Assembly: GCA_016201795.1 (NCBI GenBank)
Contig: JACQCF010000005.1
Coordinates: forward strand, 20,896-84,895
Direction: 5' to 3'
Source: Candidatus Omnitrophota bacterium
Lineage (GTDB): Bacteria; Omnitrophota; Gorgyraeia; Zapsychrales; Fredricksoniimonadaceae
Length of the DNA: 64,000 nucleotides
The position numbers were made by a program, and so were the translations under genes. Of this stretch, positions 52,207 through 62,441 are shown one piece after another (positions within the stretch are counted from its first letter, which is position 1; each line of letters starts with the position of its first letter). The notes under the pieces were generated by a model. The model was not told the DNA's origin. It saw only the letters and a program-made list of their open reading frames with translations, and ran no database searches.

Positions 52207-52247
52207 ATTCTAATCCTTTGTACGGGCTTGATTAATCAAACCCTACG

Positions 52248-52673
52248 CTATCCTTTTACTTCAATGCCCATGCTGCGGGCTGTGCCGGCAATAGTGGCGA
52301 TCGCTTGATTCATATCCACGGTATTTAAATCTTCCATTTTCATTTTGGCGATTTCTTCCACCTGTTTGACCGTCAATGTGCCGATGGTTTCTTTGCCAGC
52401 AGTACCAGAGGCTTTGGCTAACTTCGCCGCCTTCTTAATGAGCGCTGAACTCGGAGGCGTCTTAATCACAAAATCAAAAGATTTGTCTTTATAAACGGTA
52501 ATAATGACCGGTAAAGGTAATACTTCTCTGCCCTTGGTTTTGTCATTGAAAGATTTGCAGAACATCATAATGTTCACGCCGTGCTGACCAAGGGCAGGAC
52601 CGACCGGAGGCGCAGGGTTAGCCTGGCCGGCAGGAACATAGAGTTTAATTTGAGCAACTGCTTCTTTAGCCAT
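52248..52673 (-). CDS. rplK: 50S ribosomal protein L11
   Basis: Sequence and position. Confidence 0.9.
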   Translation of the reverse strand: MAKEAVAQIKLYVPAGQANPAPPVGPALGQHGVNIMMFCKSFNDKTKGREVLPLPVIITVYKDKSFDFVIKTPPSSALIKKAAKLAKASGTAGKETIGTLTVKQVEEIAKMKMEDLNTVDMNQAIATIAGTARSMGIEVKG

Positions 52674-52685
52674 ATATCATCATTC

Positions 52686-53210
52686 CTAAATCTTCTCGAC
52701 TTGCCAATACTCAAGCTCAACCAACGTTGAACGGCCGAATATCGACACGCTGACCTTCAATTTTCCGCGGTCCGGATAAACTTCCATCACCGAACCATTA
52801 AAATTCGCAAACGGCCCTTGCGCAATGCGAATCGCCTCGCCCACTTCGAAAACAATTTTGGGGCTTGGCTTTGAACCTGTTTCTTCCGTACGTTTGAGGA
52901 TATTATCCACTTCCGTATCAGTCAGGGGTTGAGGCTGACGCCCTGGACCGATAAAGCCGGTTATGCCTGGAGTAGTTTTAACCAGATACCAGCTTTCTTT
53001 ATTCATGTCCATCTTAATTAAAAGGTAGCCGGGAAAAAATTTACGGGTCGTAATCCTTTTTTTCCCACCACGCACCTCGGAAACCTGCTCCGTCGGAACA
53101 ACCACTTCCCCCACATGCTGTTTAAGCACCGTGGTGGCCATGCGGCTTTCCAAGCCTGCTCTGGCTCTTTCTTCCGCCCCTGTTTGCGTGTGAATCACAT
53201 ACCATTTCAT
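52686..53210 (-). CDS. nusG: transcription termination/antitermination factor NusG
   Basis: NGN and KOW domains. Position after secE. Confidence 0.9.
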   Translation of the reverse strand: MKWYVIHTQTGAEERARAGLESRMATTVLKQHVGEVVVPTEQVSEVRGGKKRITTRKFFPGYLLIKMDMNKESWYLVKTTPGITGFIGPGRQPQPLTDTEVDNILKRTEETGSKPSPKIVFEVGEAIRIAQGPFANFNGSVMEVYPDRGKLKVSVSIFGRSTLVELEYWQVEKI

Positions 53211-53217
53211 AACATTT

Positions 53218-53403
53218 CTACCTTAATAAATGGGCAATGCCTTTTGAAAGAATGAAGTCCACCATTCCTAAAAATGCGCCTAGCAGCAGGGAACTGGCAA
53301 TGACAATCAATGTCGAATCCCATAGCTCCTGACGGGTGACCCAGGAGACTTTTTTCATCTCTGCAAAAACTTCCCCAATAAAATTTTGGATTTTAGCGAT
53401 CAT
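53218..53403 (-). CDS. secE: preprotein translocase subunit SecE
   Basis: 61 aa single-TM protein. Position between tRNA-Trp and nusG. Confidence 0.8.
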   Translation of the reverse strand: MIAKIQNFIGEVFAEMKKVSWVTRQELWDSTLIVIASSLLLGAFLGMVDFILSKGIAHLLR

Positions 53404-53439
53404 TCCTTAATAAAGAATCAATACAGGCCAGTCTAAAGA

Positions 53440-53516
53440 TGGCAGGCCTGGCAGGACTCGAACCTGCAACGCACGGTTTTGGAGACCGTCGCTCTACCAA
53501 TTGGAGCTACAGGCCT
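53440..53516 (-). tRNA. tRNA-Trp (anticodon CCA), CCA encoded
   Basis: Minus strand AGGCCTGTAGCTCCAATTGGTAGAGCGACGGTCTCCAAAACCGTGCGTTGCAGGTTCGAGTCCTGCCAGGCCTGCCA. Anticodon loop CTCCAAA. Confidence 0.85.
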
Positions 53517-53588
53517 ATGAACTCTTGCGTCATTTAGATCCTTCTCCCGCCTTAGCGAGATCAGGATGACATCGACATTGGATCGATG

Positions 53589-53741
53589 TCATTTTTTTGT
53601 TTCTTTATGCAGCACATGTTTACGACAAAAAGAACAAAATTTCTTAAGCTCAATACGTTCCGGATGTTGCCTTTTGTCTTTGGTGCTGTTATAGGTGATA
53701 CGATTGCACTCGGTGCATTGAAAATGAATTGTCTCGCGCAT
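53589..53741 (-). CDS. rpmG: 50S ribosomal protein L33
   Basis: Unlisted 50-aa ORF MRETIHFQCTECNRITYNSTKDKRQHPERIELKKFCSFCRKHVLHKETKK with Cys4 zinc ribbon. Confidence 0.8.
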   Translation of the reverse strand: MRETIHFQCTECNRITYNSTKDKRQHPERIELKKFCSFCRKHVLHKETKK

Positions 53742-53838
53742 AATCTTAACCTAACGTTTGTTGCGCTCCCCCCGCTGTCCCGCCATGGCGGGACAAGACA
53801 CGGGAGTAACAGAAGATTTTAGATAATATGATGTGACA

Positions 53839-53911
53839 AGCCCCCGAGCGGGATTGAACCGCTGGCCTCGTCCTTACCAAGGACGTGCTCTACCAACTGA
53901 GCTACAGGGGC
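53839..53911 (-). tRNA. tRNA-Thr (anticodon GGT)
   Basis: Minus strand GCCCCTGTAGCTCAGTTGGTAGAGCACGTCCTTGGTAAGGACGAGGCCAGCGGTTCAATCCCGCTCGGGGGCT. Anticodon loop TTGGTAA. Confidence 0.85.
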
Positions 53912-53953
53912 AGCATATCCAGCCGCCTGCAGCAGTCATACAAATAAACGCAA

Positions 53954-53982
53954 AGTATATCTGTTGATATTATTATTGTCAA
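53954..53982 (-). promoter_or_regulatory. sigma70-type promoter upstream of tRNA-Thr / rpmG-secE-nusG cluster
   Basis: Minus strand TTGACA-17 nt-TATACT, approximately 40 nt upstream of tRNA-Thr 5-prime end, just downstream of tyrS stop. Confidence 0.5.
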
Positions 53983-54008
53983 GAATAAATTTCCATAATT
54001 TCAAACAG

Positions 54009-55178
54009 TTACGATAAACGCAGGAAACGCCGCTTGCCGACTTTGAGCACGCCCGCCTTCAGGGACCAATTCTCGTTGGAAATAACCACCCCTTCATGCA
54101 TGATGGCTCCCTCTTTCAAAAGACGCCGGCCTTCATTTTTGGAAGCGACAATGTTCTCTGACATGAGAATATCCAATAATTTTTGGTCCTGTTTAAATTT
54201 AAACTGCGCAATATCCTGCGGGGTTTGATGCTGGCTGAACGTTTGTTCAAAATAGCGATGGGCTTTGGAGCCCTCGCCGGGGAGGCAAAACATGTCCACG
54301 ATCATAACCGCCAACTGCAACTTAGCTTCTTTAGGATGCATTTTTTTGACTGCATTTAAATCCACCTGTGTCAAAAGTTCATAATACCGTATCATCAGCT
54401 CATCGCTAATCGACATGACCTTACCAAAAATCTCATTGGGGCTTTCATTAATGCCGATGGCATTTCCCAAGGACTTGCTCATCTTCTGCACGCCGTCGGT
54501 CCCTTCTAACAAAGGCGTCATCACAACCACCTGAGGCGCCTGGCCATAACTTTCCTGCAATTGACGACCCATCAAGAGATTGAACTTCTGGTCATTGCCG
54601 CCTAATTCCACGTCTGCTTTTAAATGCACGGAATCGTAGCCTTGCAACAAAGGATAAATAAATTCCAGCAGACTGATTTCGCGGCCGGAATCAAAACGTT
54701 TTTTAAAATCCGCGCGGGCCAGTGTTTGCGCCACTGTCAAATGGGCGGTTAATTCCAATAAATCTTGAGGCCTCAGCCGGTTTAACCAATAGCTATTGAA
54801 AGCCACTTGTGTTTTCTTGGGATCCAAAATCTTAAAAACCTGTACTTTGTAGGTTTTAGCGTTTTGTTTAATCTCCTGCAGCGACATTGTTTTGCGCAGC
54901 TCATTACGGCCAGTGGGGTCTCCCACCTGGGCGGTAAAATCCCCAATTAAAAAAACCACCCGATGACCTAAATCCTGAAACTGCCTCATTTTCTTTAAAA
55001 GTACCACATGCCCTAGATGAATATCCGGAGCGGTTGGATCAAAACCGGCTTTAATGATCAGCGGACGGCCAAGGGCCAATTTTTTGGCCAAATCATCTGT
55101 GCTTATGATTTCCGTCGTGCCGCGGGTAATTTTTTGGACGGTTTCTTGGATGGACATAAAATGGGCAGGAACTGACAT
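54009..55178 (-). CDS. tyrS: tyrosine--tRNA ligase
   Basis: HLGH (PDIHLGHVV) and KMSKS motifs. C-terminal S4-like domain. Confidence 0.9.
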   Translation of the reverse strand: MSVPAHFMSIQETVQKITRGTTEIISTDDLAKKLALGRPLIIKAGFDPTAPDIHLGHVVLLKKMRQFQDLGHRVVFLIGDFTAQVGDPTGRNELRKTMSLQEIKQNAKTYKVQVFKILDPKKTQVAFNSYWLNRLRPQDLLELTAHLTVAQTLARADFKKRFDSGREISLLEFIYPLLQGYDSVHLKADVELGGNDQKFNLLMGRQLQESYGQAPQVVVMTPLLEGTDGVQKMSKSLGNAIGINESPNEIFGKVMSISDELMIRYYELLTQVDLNAVKKMHPKEAKLQLAVMIVDMFCLPGEGSKAHRYFEQTFSQHQTPQDIAQFKFKQDQKLLDILMSENIVASKNEGRRLLKEGAIMHEGVVISNENWSLKAGVLKVGKRRFLRLS

Positions 55179-55202
55179 ATGAATCAGCCCCCTACTATTG
55201 AA

Positions 55203-56747
55203 TTATAGTCGCGCAGAAACGCCGATTTTCATAGCTTCGACGTCCACTTTAATGACTTTGACCTGCAGTTTATCGCCAGGCTTTAAAGAAGTCGCCTGCT
55301 GTTTATCAATTTCCGAAGAATACACCAGCGCTTCAATGTCTCCTTCCAATTTGACAAACACGCCAAAATTGGAATTCATCACCACCTCGGCCGCCACCAC
55401 AGAACCCACCGGAAACTTTTGAGCGATATCATTCCACGGATTAGTCTGTAATTGCTTAAGACCGAGAGTGATTTTGTGGTTTTGAGCATCCACGCCCTGG
55501 ATAATCATATCCACGGCCTGGCCTTTTTGTAGCACTTCTTGAGGATGGTTGATTTTCTTGGTCCAAGACATATCTGAAACATGAATCATACCTTCCAAAC
55601 CGCCCTCAAGCTCGACGAAGGCACCGTAGTCAGTAAAGCCGCGGACAATGCCTTTGACTTTATCGCCCACATTAAATTTTTGCGCCACAGAACTCCAGGG
55701 ATTCTCTTCAAGCTGTTTCATGCTCAAAGAAATACGTTTCGCATCCTTATCTACATTGATGATCTGCACTTCAATGATCTCCGCCAATTTGAACATTTCT
55801 TGAGGATTGACCATTTTCTTCTGCCAGGTGATTTCAGAAGCATGCAAAAGGCCTTCAATACCTTTGTCAATTTCCACAAATACACCGTAAGGCATAATAT
55901 TGACGATTTTGCCTTTGACACGACTTCCGGCCGGGAATTTGGAAGCTGCTTCATCCCAAGGATTGGCAATGATCTGTTTTAAACCTAAAGAAACCTTGGA
56001 GTTGTCTTTGTCAAAGTCCAAAATCAAAACTTCAATTCTTTGGCCAACGGAGACGATTTCGGAGGGATGATTGATACGTGACCAGCTCATGTCGGTGATG
56101 TGCAAAAGTCCGTCGATACCGCCCAGATCAATAAAGGCGCCGAAGTCCGTGATGCCTTTAACAACGCCCTTACGCTTCTGGCCTTTTTTGATTTCGCTCC
56201 AAAGCTTTTCACGCACCTCTTCGCGCTCTTTCTGCACCATTTCGCGGCGGGAAAGGATGAGGTTGCGTCTTTGCTTGTTCATTTTGGCCACGACGAATTT
56301 AAACGTCTTGATCATAATGTCATTATTGGAAAAGCCTTTGAAAGCCGAAAGTGACATCGGCAAAAAAGCTTCAATGCCAAAAACATCGACGATATAGCCG
56401 CCTTTGACCGTGCGGACCACGCGACCGTCAACAGTATCACCCTCGTTAATATCATTGGAAATTCTCTGCCAGCCTTTGAGGCGCTCGGCTTTAGCAAAAG
56501 AAAGAATCAGACGGCCATGGTCATCTTCGATGTTCTCAATGAGAACCTCGATTTGAGAACCTACAACAACCTCCGCAGGGCTGCGAAATTCCTCAATCGG
56601 CACAAAACCTTCGGATTTAAAGCCAATGTCGACGATAATTTCTTTAGGGGTCACCGCGGCCACGGTGCCTTTAATAATCTCCCCTTCCTTAATATCTTTG
56701 AGCGTGCTCTCGTAGAGCTCCTCCATGAGTGATTTTTCAGTGCTCAT
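55203..56747 (-). CDS. rpsA: 30S ribosomal protein S1
   Basis: Multiple tandem S1 domains. Start chosen at MSTEKSLMEE (56745-56747). Confidence 0.85.
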   Translation of the reverse strand: MSTEKSLMEELYESTLKDIKEGEIIKGTVAAVTPKEIIVDIGFKSEGFVPIEEFRSPAEVVVGSQIEVLIENIEDDHGRLILSFAKAERLKGWQRISNDINEGDTVDGRVVRTVKGGYIVDVFGIEAFLPMSLSAFKGFSNNDIMIKTFKFVVAKMNKQRRNLILSRREMVQKEREEVREKLWSEIKKGQKRKGVVKGITDFGAFIDLGGIDGLLHITDMSWSRINHPSEIVSVGQRIEVLILDFDKDNSKVSLGLKQIIANPWDEAASKFPAGSRVKGKIVNIMPYGVFVEIDKGIEGLLHASEITWQKKMVNPQEMFKLAEIIEVQIINVDKDAKRISLSMKQLEENPWSSVAQKFNVGDKVKGIVRGFTDYGAFVELEGGLEGMIHVSDMSWTKKINHPQEVLQKGQAVDMIIQGVDAQNHKITLGLKQLQTNPWNDIAQKFPVGSVVAAEVVMNSNFGVFVKLEGDIEALVYSSEIDKQQATSLKPGDKLQVKVIKVDVEAMKIGVSARL

Positions 56748-56881
56748 TGTTACTGATCCTCTTTTCTTATAATGGAATTCTTTAATTTTTCGCGCGGGAA
56801 AAGCAACAGCGGTCAATTAAAGTATCGGTCATTATGCCAAAAAGACCTTAAATGTCAAATCTTTTTTTACAGGCTTGAAAC

Positions 56882-57463
56882 TTAAACCAGTTTATAGATC
56901 TCTTCCAGGATTTTTCGTGAGGCGGCTTCGTAGGAGGGGCTGTCGCTGACCAGAAATGGTTTGCCGTAGGTAACGGTCACCAGCGAACGCTTAAAGAACT
57001 TAGCGCCAGGAGGCATGACCACATCAGAGCCTTTCATATATACCGGCACAATCGGCACTTGAGATTTGAGGGCCAGGAATCCTGTTCCTGGCTGAGGCTC
57101 GAGGGATTTATGATCCGTACGTCGTGTACCTTCAGGGAAAACCAGCACCGGATGGCCTTTTTTCAAACATTTAAAAGCCTCTTTGAGCGCGCCAAGATCT
57201 GCCTGGCCGCGTTTGACCGGAAAAGCCCAAAGTTTCTTCAGCCACCAGCCCACCAAGGGGTGTTTGAATAACTCAATTTTGGTCATGAAATGAACACGCC
57301 GGGGGGTAGAAATTCCTAAAATCACAGGATCAAGATTACTAATATGATTGCTGGCTAAAATATAGGCCCCTTGAGACGGAATATTATACCAGCCTCTGAC
57401 TGTGCGAGGAAAAAACAAAAAGCTTAAAACTTTGGTAAAAAAGTAAGTAAAGTAATAGATCAT
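56882..57463 (-). CDS. plsC: 1-acyl-sn-glycerol-3-phosphate acyltransferase family protein
   Basis: NHISNLDP and FPEGTR motifs. Confidence 0.75.
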   Translation of the reverse strand: MIYYFTYFFTKVLSFLFFPRTVRGWYNIPSQGAYILASNHISNLDPVILGISTPRRVHFMTKIELFKHPLVGWWLKKLWAFPVKRGQADLGALKEAFKCLKKGHPVLVFPEGTRRTDHKSLEPQPGTGFLALKSQVPIVPVYMKGSDVVMPPGAKFFKRSLVTVTYGKPFLVSDSPSYEAASRKILEEIYKLV

Positions 57464-58881
57464 TATTTCGGATCAACCAACCGGCGGCCGAATTCCAGAA
57501 GATCTTTGGCTTTTTTTAGGGATTTGGCTTCTGAATAAATGCGCACTAGGGGCTCGGTTCCTGAAGGACGAAACATCAGCCAGTCTTCATTAGCACCAAC
57601 AAGTTTAACACCGTCGTAATCTTTCACCTCAACCACTTTCTGACCCAAAACCTCACTAACGCTTTTAAGTTTGTTTAGATCAACCTTTTTAGCATCCATG
57701 GAATAGTCCAGACGCTGATAATAGTAGCGGCCAAACTCACGTTCCATATCCTCCACCAACTTTTTAAAATTTCTTTTGTTATAAACCATCATCTCTAATA
57801 AGAGAAGCCCGGCCAAGGTACCGTCGCGTTCAGGGATAAAATGAGGTAAGCCCATGCCGCCAGCCTCTTCCCCGCCGGCAACAATCTTCTGAGACATCAT
57901 CAAATCGGAAATATATTTAAACCCCACCGGTGTTTCATAAAGTTTGCGGTTTAGTTTCTTGGCGATATGATCTAGCATAATTGTCCCGCAAAGAGTTTTG
58001 ATAATGCCGCCTTCCACATGGCGGTTACGGACTAAATGCAGAATCAGCAAACCCAAAATCTTCTGCGGGCTGACAAACTCACCGCCGGGCATCACCGCCG
58101 CGATGCGATCCGCGTCCCCATCAAGCACCAGGCCTAAATCAAACTTCTCTTTTTTCATGCGGGCCATCATGACGCTTAAACATTCTGGAATGGGCTCAGG
58201 TTTGGAACCATCAAAAGAGGGATTGACATCCTCACGCATGAGTTCGAGTTTGATGCCAGTCCCCTTTAAAATTTCACGCATCAAATCACGGCCGCTGCCG
58301 TGCATCATATCGGCAAGTACTTTAAATTTCGTGGATTTGATTTTCTTTAAGTTCAAATAGCCACGAATAAATTTTACGTATGCTTTCTTAAAGTCATGCA
58401 CGACGATGAATCCGTCAGCTTTAGCCTGAGAAAAGTCCGCCCGTTGGACTTGCGTCTGTCCTAAATAACTCTCAATGAGATTAGTGATGTCTTTAGGAGC
58501 AGCCCCGCCCTGGGCGGTTTTGATTTTAATACCGTTAAACTTGGCAGGATTATGAGAGGCGGTAATCATCATACCGCAAACATTAGAAAATCGAGTTACA
58601 CCATAACTTAAAGCAGGGGTGGGCAAAGAAGTATCCGACAAAAAAGTTTTAATTCCATTGGCGGCAAAAACTTCCGCTACTGCTTGAGCATATTCGGCGG
58701 AAAGAAAACGATTGTCATAGCCTACCGAAGCAGATTTTTTAGAAAATGAAGAATTATTCTTCTTGATCCAATCAGCCGTGGCTTGTGCGACAATACGGAC
58801 ATTTTTAAAGGTGAACGTATCAGAAATAACCGCCCGCCAGCCGTCGGTGCCGAACTTTATATCAGATCGAATATCGCTCAT
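57463..58881 (-). CDS. alpha-D-phosphohexomutase (phosphoglucomutase/phosphomannomutase family)
   Basis: TASHNP phosphoserine loop (GMMITASHNPAKFNGIK) and metal-binding DGDADR. Confidence 0.8.
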   Translation of the reverse strand: MSDIRSDIKFGTDGWRAVISDTFTFKNVRIVAQATADWIKKNNSSFSKKSASVGYDNRFLSAEYAQAVAEVFAANGIKTFLSDTSLPTPALSYGVTRFSNVCGMMITASHNPAKFNGIKIKTAQGGAAPKDITNLIESYLGQTQVQRADFSQAKADGFIVVHDFKKAYVKFIRGYLNLKKIKSTKFKVLADMMHGSGRDLMREILKGTGIKLELMREDVNPSFDGSKPEPIPECLSVMMARMKKEKFDLGLVLDGDADRIAAVMPGGEFVSPQKILGLLILHLVRNRHVEGGIIKTLCGTIMLDHIAKKLNRKLYETPVGFKYISDLMMSQKIVAGGEEAGGMGLPHFIPERDGTLAGLLLLEMMVYNKRNFKKLVEDMEREFGRYYYQRLDYSMDAKKVDLNKLKSVSEVLGQKVVEVKDYDGVKLVGANEDWLMFRPSGTEPLVRIYSEAKSLKKAKDLLEFGRRLVDPK

Positions 58882-58895
58882 AGCTCTCCCTAAAG

Positions 58896-59420
58896 TTACA
58901 CATACAATTTTTTCCTTAAAATATAATTCACCACCGCATCCGGCGTCAAATAACGAATCGATCTTTTTCGCTTAATATGCTGACGGATCAAACTGGAGGA
59001 AACATCAAACCAAGAGCGATTAATCACAATAAATGAAGCCATACACAAAATCTCATCAATCCCCTGCCACGTCCTTAATCCAGCCACATTATCTTCTCCG
59101 ATAATAAAAAACAATCGTGCCCGAGGATATTGATTTTTAAAAGATCTGATCGTCTCAATCGTATAAGACTTACCGCCGCGTTTGATCTCCACATCTGAGA
59201 GACTCAAACGCTTATTGCCGGCAATCGCCAGACGCACCATGTTCAGACGCTCCTGGCCGGAGGCCAAATCCTCATCCCTTTTATGGGGCGAACAATAAGC
59301 AGGCACAAAAACCACTTCATCTAGCCCTAAAGTATCCAACGCAGCCTGGGCCATCATCAAATGGCCGACGTGAATCGGATTAAAACTGCCGCCAAGGAAA
59401 CCAATTTTACGCATACCCAA
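58896..59420 (-). CDS. nadD: nicotinate-nucleotide adenylyltransferase
   Basis: GGSFNPIHVGH motif. Canonical obg-proBA-nadD neighbourhood. Confidence 0.8.
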   Translation of the reverse strand: MGMRKIGFLGGSFNPIHVGHLMMAQAALDTLGLDEVVFVPAYCSPHKRDEDLASGQERLNMVRLAIAGNKRLSLSDVEIKRGGKSYTIETIRSFKNQYPRARLFFIIGEDNVAGLRTWQGIDEILCMASFIVINRSWFDVSSSLIRQHIKRKRSIRYLTPDAVVNYILRKKLYV

Positions 59421-60689
59421 TTATTGCCTGATTTGTCCGTTGCCGTAAACTTCGTACTTGTAACTTGTCAAGCCCTCCAGAGCCATGGGACCGCGTACAT
59501 GCAATTTATCGGTACTAATGCCTACTTCCGAGCCGAAACCAAATTCATACCCGTCGGTAAAACGGGTGGACGCATTGACATAAACGCAAGCGGAATCGAC
59601 CTCATCTAAGAATTGCTGTGCTTCGGTCTTATCCTTAGTCACAATCGCATCCGAATGATGAGAACCATAAGTATTGATATGGTCAATCGCACCTTTGAGT
59701 CCATTGACGACTTTCACCGACAAAATCAAATCTAAATATTCCGTGCGCCAATCCTCTTGGGTGGCTTTCTTGATGCCGTCTTTGACAATAACACGAGTCG
59801 TTTGATCGCCACGAATTTCGCAGCCGCGGTTCTGCAAATCGGCAATGACCGGCGGCAAGAATTTCCTGGCAACGGCTTTGTCGACTAAAAGCGTTTCCAT
59901 GGCATTACAAACACCCGGCTTTTGGACCTTGGCGTTCATCGTAATTTGATGAGCCATCTCTAAGTCCGCTTGATGGCTCACATAAACATGGCAAACGCCT
60001 TTGTAATGTTTTACCACCGGAATTTTGGAATTCTCAGCGACAAAACGGATCAGCTCTTCTCCGCCGCGAGGTACGATCACATCCACCAGCTCATCGAGCT
60101 TCAAAAGCTCATGCACTGCCTGACGGTCACTGGATTCAATGAGTTGCAAAGCGTCCATAGAAATTTTTGTCTTCGACAAAACCCGCTTTAAGATTTTAAA
60201 AATCGCTTTGTTGGAATAAATAGCTTCACGACCGCCTTTAAGGATAGCTGCATTGCCGGATTTTAAACACAGGCCGGCGCAATCACTAGTGACATTCGGC
60301 CGTGATTCATAAATAATCCCCACGACCCCCAAAGGCACACGCACTTTCTTAATAAGCAAACCATTGGGACGTTTGATCGTCTTTAAAATCTCTCCGATGG
60401 GGTCTTTGAGCTTGGCTGTTTCCAATAAAGAATCTGCCATGGCCTTGATTCTTTTAGGATTAAGCGTTAGACGATCAATCAAGGCCATGCTATAGCCTGC
60501 GCCCTGTGCCGCTTTCAGATCCCTGGCATTTTCTTTAATCAAATAATCCTGATTCTTAAGCAAAGCACGAGCCATAGCTTTAAGGGCCGTATTTTTTTCA
60601 TGGCCACCAACCAACGCTAAGGCATAGCTGGCACCTTTAGCCGCCTTAGCCATTTTTAAAATGTGAACGGATAAATTCATGCTGATCAT
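59421..60689 (-). CDS. proA: gamma-glutamyl phosphate reductase
   Basis: Aldehyde dehydrogenase fold with ProA-specific blocks. Position. Confidence 0.85.
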   Translation of the reverse strand: MISMNLSVHILKMAKAAKGASYALALVGGHEKNTALKAMARALLKNQDYLIKENARDLKAAQGAGYSMALIDRLTLNPKRIKAMADSLLETAKLKDPIGEILKTIKRPNGLLIKKVRVPLGVVGIIYESRPNVTSDCAGLCLKSGNAAILKGGREAIYSNKAIFKILKRVLSKTKISMDALQLIESSDRQAVHELLKLDELVDVIVPRGGEELIRFVAENSKIPVVKHYKGVCHVYVSHQADLEMAHQITMNAKVQKPGVCNAMETLLVDKAVARKFLPPVIADLQNRGCEIRGDQTTRVIVKDGIKKATQEDWRTEYLDLILSVKVVNGLKGAIDHINTYGSHHSDAIVTKDKTEAQQFLDEVDSACVYVNASTRFTDGYEFGFGSEVGISTDKLHVRGPMALEGLTSYKYEVYGNGQIRQ

Positions 60690-61485
60690 CCCCGGTTAAC
60701 AATTTTCCTTCTCTTTCCATAAACAACGTCCCAATCTTTTCTCCCTCAAGGATACGCACTAAAACGCCTTTGATGTCGCCAGCGGTAATGACACAGGTAA
60801 TACGCGCGTGGGTGGCGATTTTCACCGCCTCGAGTTTGGCTTTCATGCCGCCGCGAGCGATGTGAATATTTTGAGTTTCACCAGCTACTCCTTCAATCTC
60901 AGAAGTGATATCCTTCACCTGCTCAAAAACTTTTTGGTTGGTATCATACAGCCCCTGAACGTCGGAGAGAATCACCAATAAATCCGCATGGATGAGGCTG
61001 GCCACCAACGCCGAGAGCTTATCATTGTCCCCGAATTTGATTTCTTCGGTCGAGGTCGTGTCATTTTCATTGATGATGGGTACTACCCCTTCTTTAAGAA
61101 TAGCCTCCATCGTATGGCGTGCGTTTAAAAAACGGTTGTGATTATCGAAATCGTCCCAAGTCAAAAGCACCTGCGCACATTTTAAACCCACTTTCTTTAA
61201 TACCTGTGCCCATAATCTCATCAAAGCCGCCTGTCCGATGGCCGCACGCGCCTGCAAAGCGGCCAAATCCGTCGGACGCTGATTTTCCTCCAATAACCCC
61301 ATGCCTAAAACAATAGCCCCTGAAGAGACAAAAGTCACCTCAACACCTTGCCCACGCAAGGCTTTGACTTGTTTGGCCAACGCAGATAATTGCCTGATTT
61401 TAGGCTTAAACTGGCGGTCGGCTATCTGGCTTGAGCCAAGTTTAACCACCACGCGTTTCATAGGACGGGAGAATGTTCGTTTCAT
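60646..61485 (-). CDS. proB: glutamate 5-kinase (short form without PUA domain)
   Basis: Amino-acid kinase fold (VVKLGSS...). 44-nt overlap with proA. Confidence 0.85.
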   Translation of the reverse strand: MKRTFSRPMKRVVVKLGSSQIADRQFKPKIRQLSALAKQVKALRGQGVEVTFVSSGAIVLGMGLLEENQRPTDLAALQARAAIGQAALMRLWAQVLKKVGLKCAQVLLTWDDFDNHNRFLNARHTMEAILKEGVVPIINENDTTSTEEIKFGDNDKLSALVASLIHADLLVILSDVQGLYDTNQKVFEQVKDITSEIEGVAGETQNIHIARGGMKAKLEAVKIATHARITCVITAGDIKGVLVRILEGEKIGTLFMEREGKLLTGDDQHEFIRSHFKNG

Positions 61486-62441
61486 AATAACAAGCGGATC
61501 GCCGCTACCAATTTCTCCAAACCTTGTTTTTCTTTAGCAGAAATCACCAAAATATCTTTGGTAATTTTACGTTTAAACCGCCTCAAATGCGCTTGAGCTT
61601 CTGGTAAATCCATTTTATTGGCCACCAGAATACGGTATTTATGAAGAAGATCCTCGCTGTATAAATCCAACTCCTCGCAAATCTTATCATAATCCTCCAG
61701 CGGATCACGGCCCTCGCTGCCACTCATATCGATGAGGTGCACTAAAATCTTGGTGCGCTCGGCGTGTTTGAGGAATTGATAGCCTAAACCCTTGCCTTCA
61801 TGCGCGCCTTCGATAAGTCCCGGCAAATCCGCCACCACGAATTTCTTTTCGTGGTCATCATTCACAATCCCCAACACTGGTGCTTTGGTGGTAAAAGGGT
61901 AACTGGCAATTTTCGATTTCACCTTAGAGATGGCGCAAATCAAAGTGGATTTTCCCACATTAGGAAAACCCACCAAACCGACATCCGCAATAACTTTCAG
62001 TTCGAGCCGAACAGTTCTTTTCTCTCCCGCTTGAGGAGCCGTGACCGTACGGTGGTGATTATTGCCATGACCACCCAAGCCCCCTTTGGCCACAATCACC
62101 GAATCACCGTGAACCGTCAAGTCACGGATTAAAAACTCCGTGTCATAATCCCAAACCATGGTTCCCATCGGTAGGCGTAAAATACAATCCTCGCCGTTTT
62201 TGCCGCGTTTGTTGTTGGATGAACCATGGGCGCCGCTTTGGGCTTGATAATGCTGTTTGAAACGATAATCTAAAAGGGTATGTAGATGGCGGTCAGCCAT
62301 TAAAACAACATCGCCGCCACGACCCCCGTCACCGCCGTTAGGGATGGGATAGCGGGTATATTTATCGCTGTAATGACTTTCACAGCCCTTGCCCCCGCTA
62401 CCGGCCTGAATGTGAATGCGCGCTTGATCAACAAATGCCAT
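61482..62441 (-). CDS. obg: GTPase Obg/CgtA (no C-terminal OCT domain)
   Basis: Obg fold glycine-rich N-domain. G-domain GLVGFPNVGKST, DLPGLIEGA. Confidence 0.9.
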   Translation of the reverse strand: MAFVDQARIHIQAGSGGKGCESHYSDKYTRYPIPNGGDGGRGGDVVLMADRHLHTLLDYRFKQHYQAQSGAHGSSNNKRGKNGEDCILRLPMGTMVWDYDTEFLIRDLTVHGDSVIVAKGGLGGHGNNHHRTVTAPQAGEKRTVRLELKVIADVGLVGFPNVGKSTLICAISKVKSKIASYPFTTKAPVLGIVNDDHEKKFVVADLPGLIEGAHEGKGLGYQFLKHAERTKILVHLIDMSGSEGRDPLEDYDKICEELDLYSEDLLHKYRILVANKMDLPEAQAHLRRFKRKITKDILVISAKEKQGLEKLVAAIRLLL

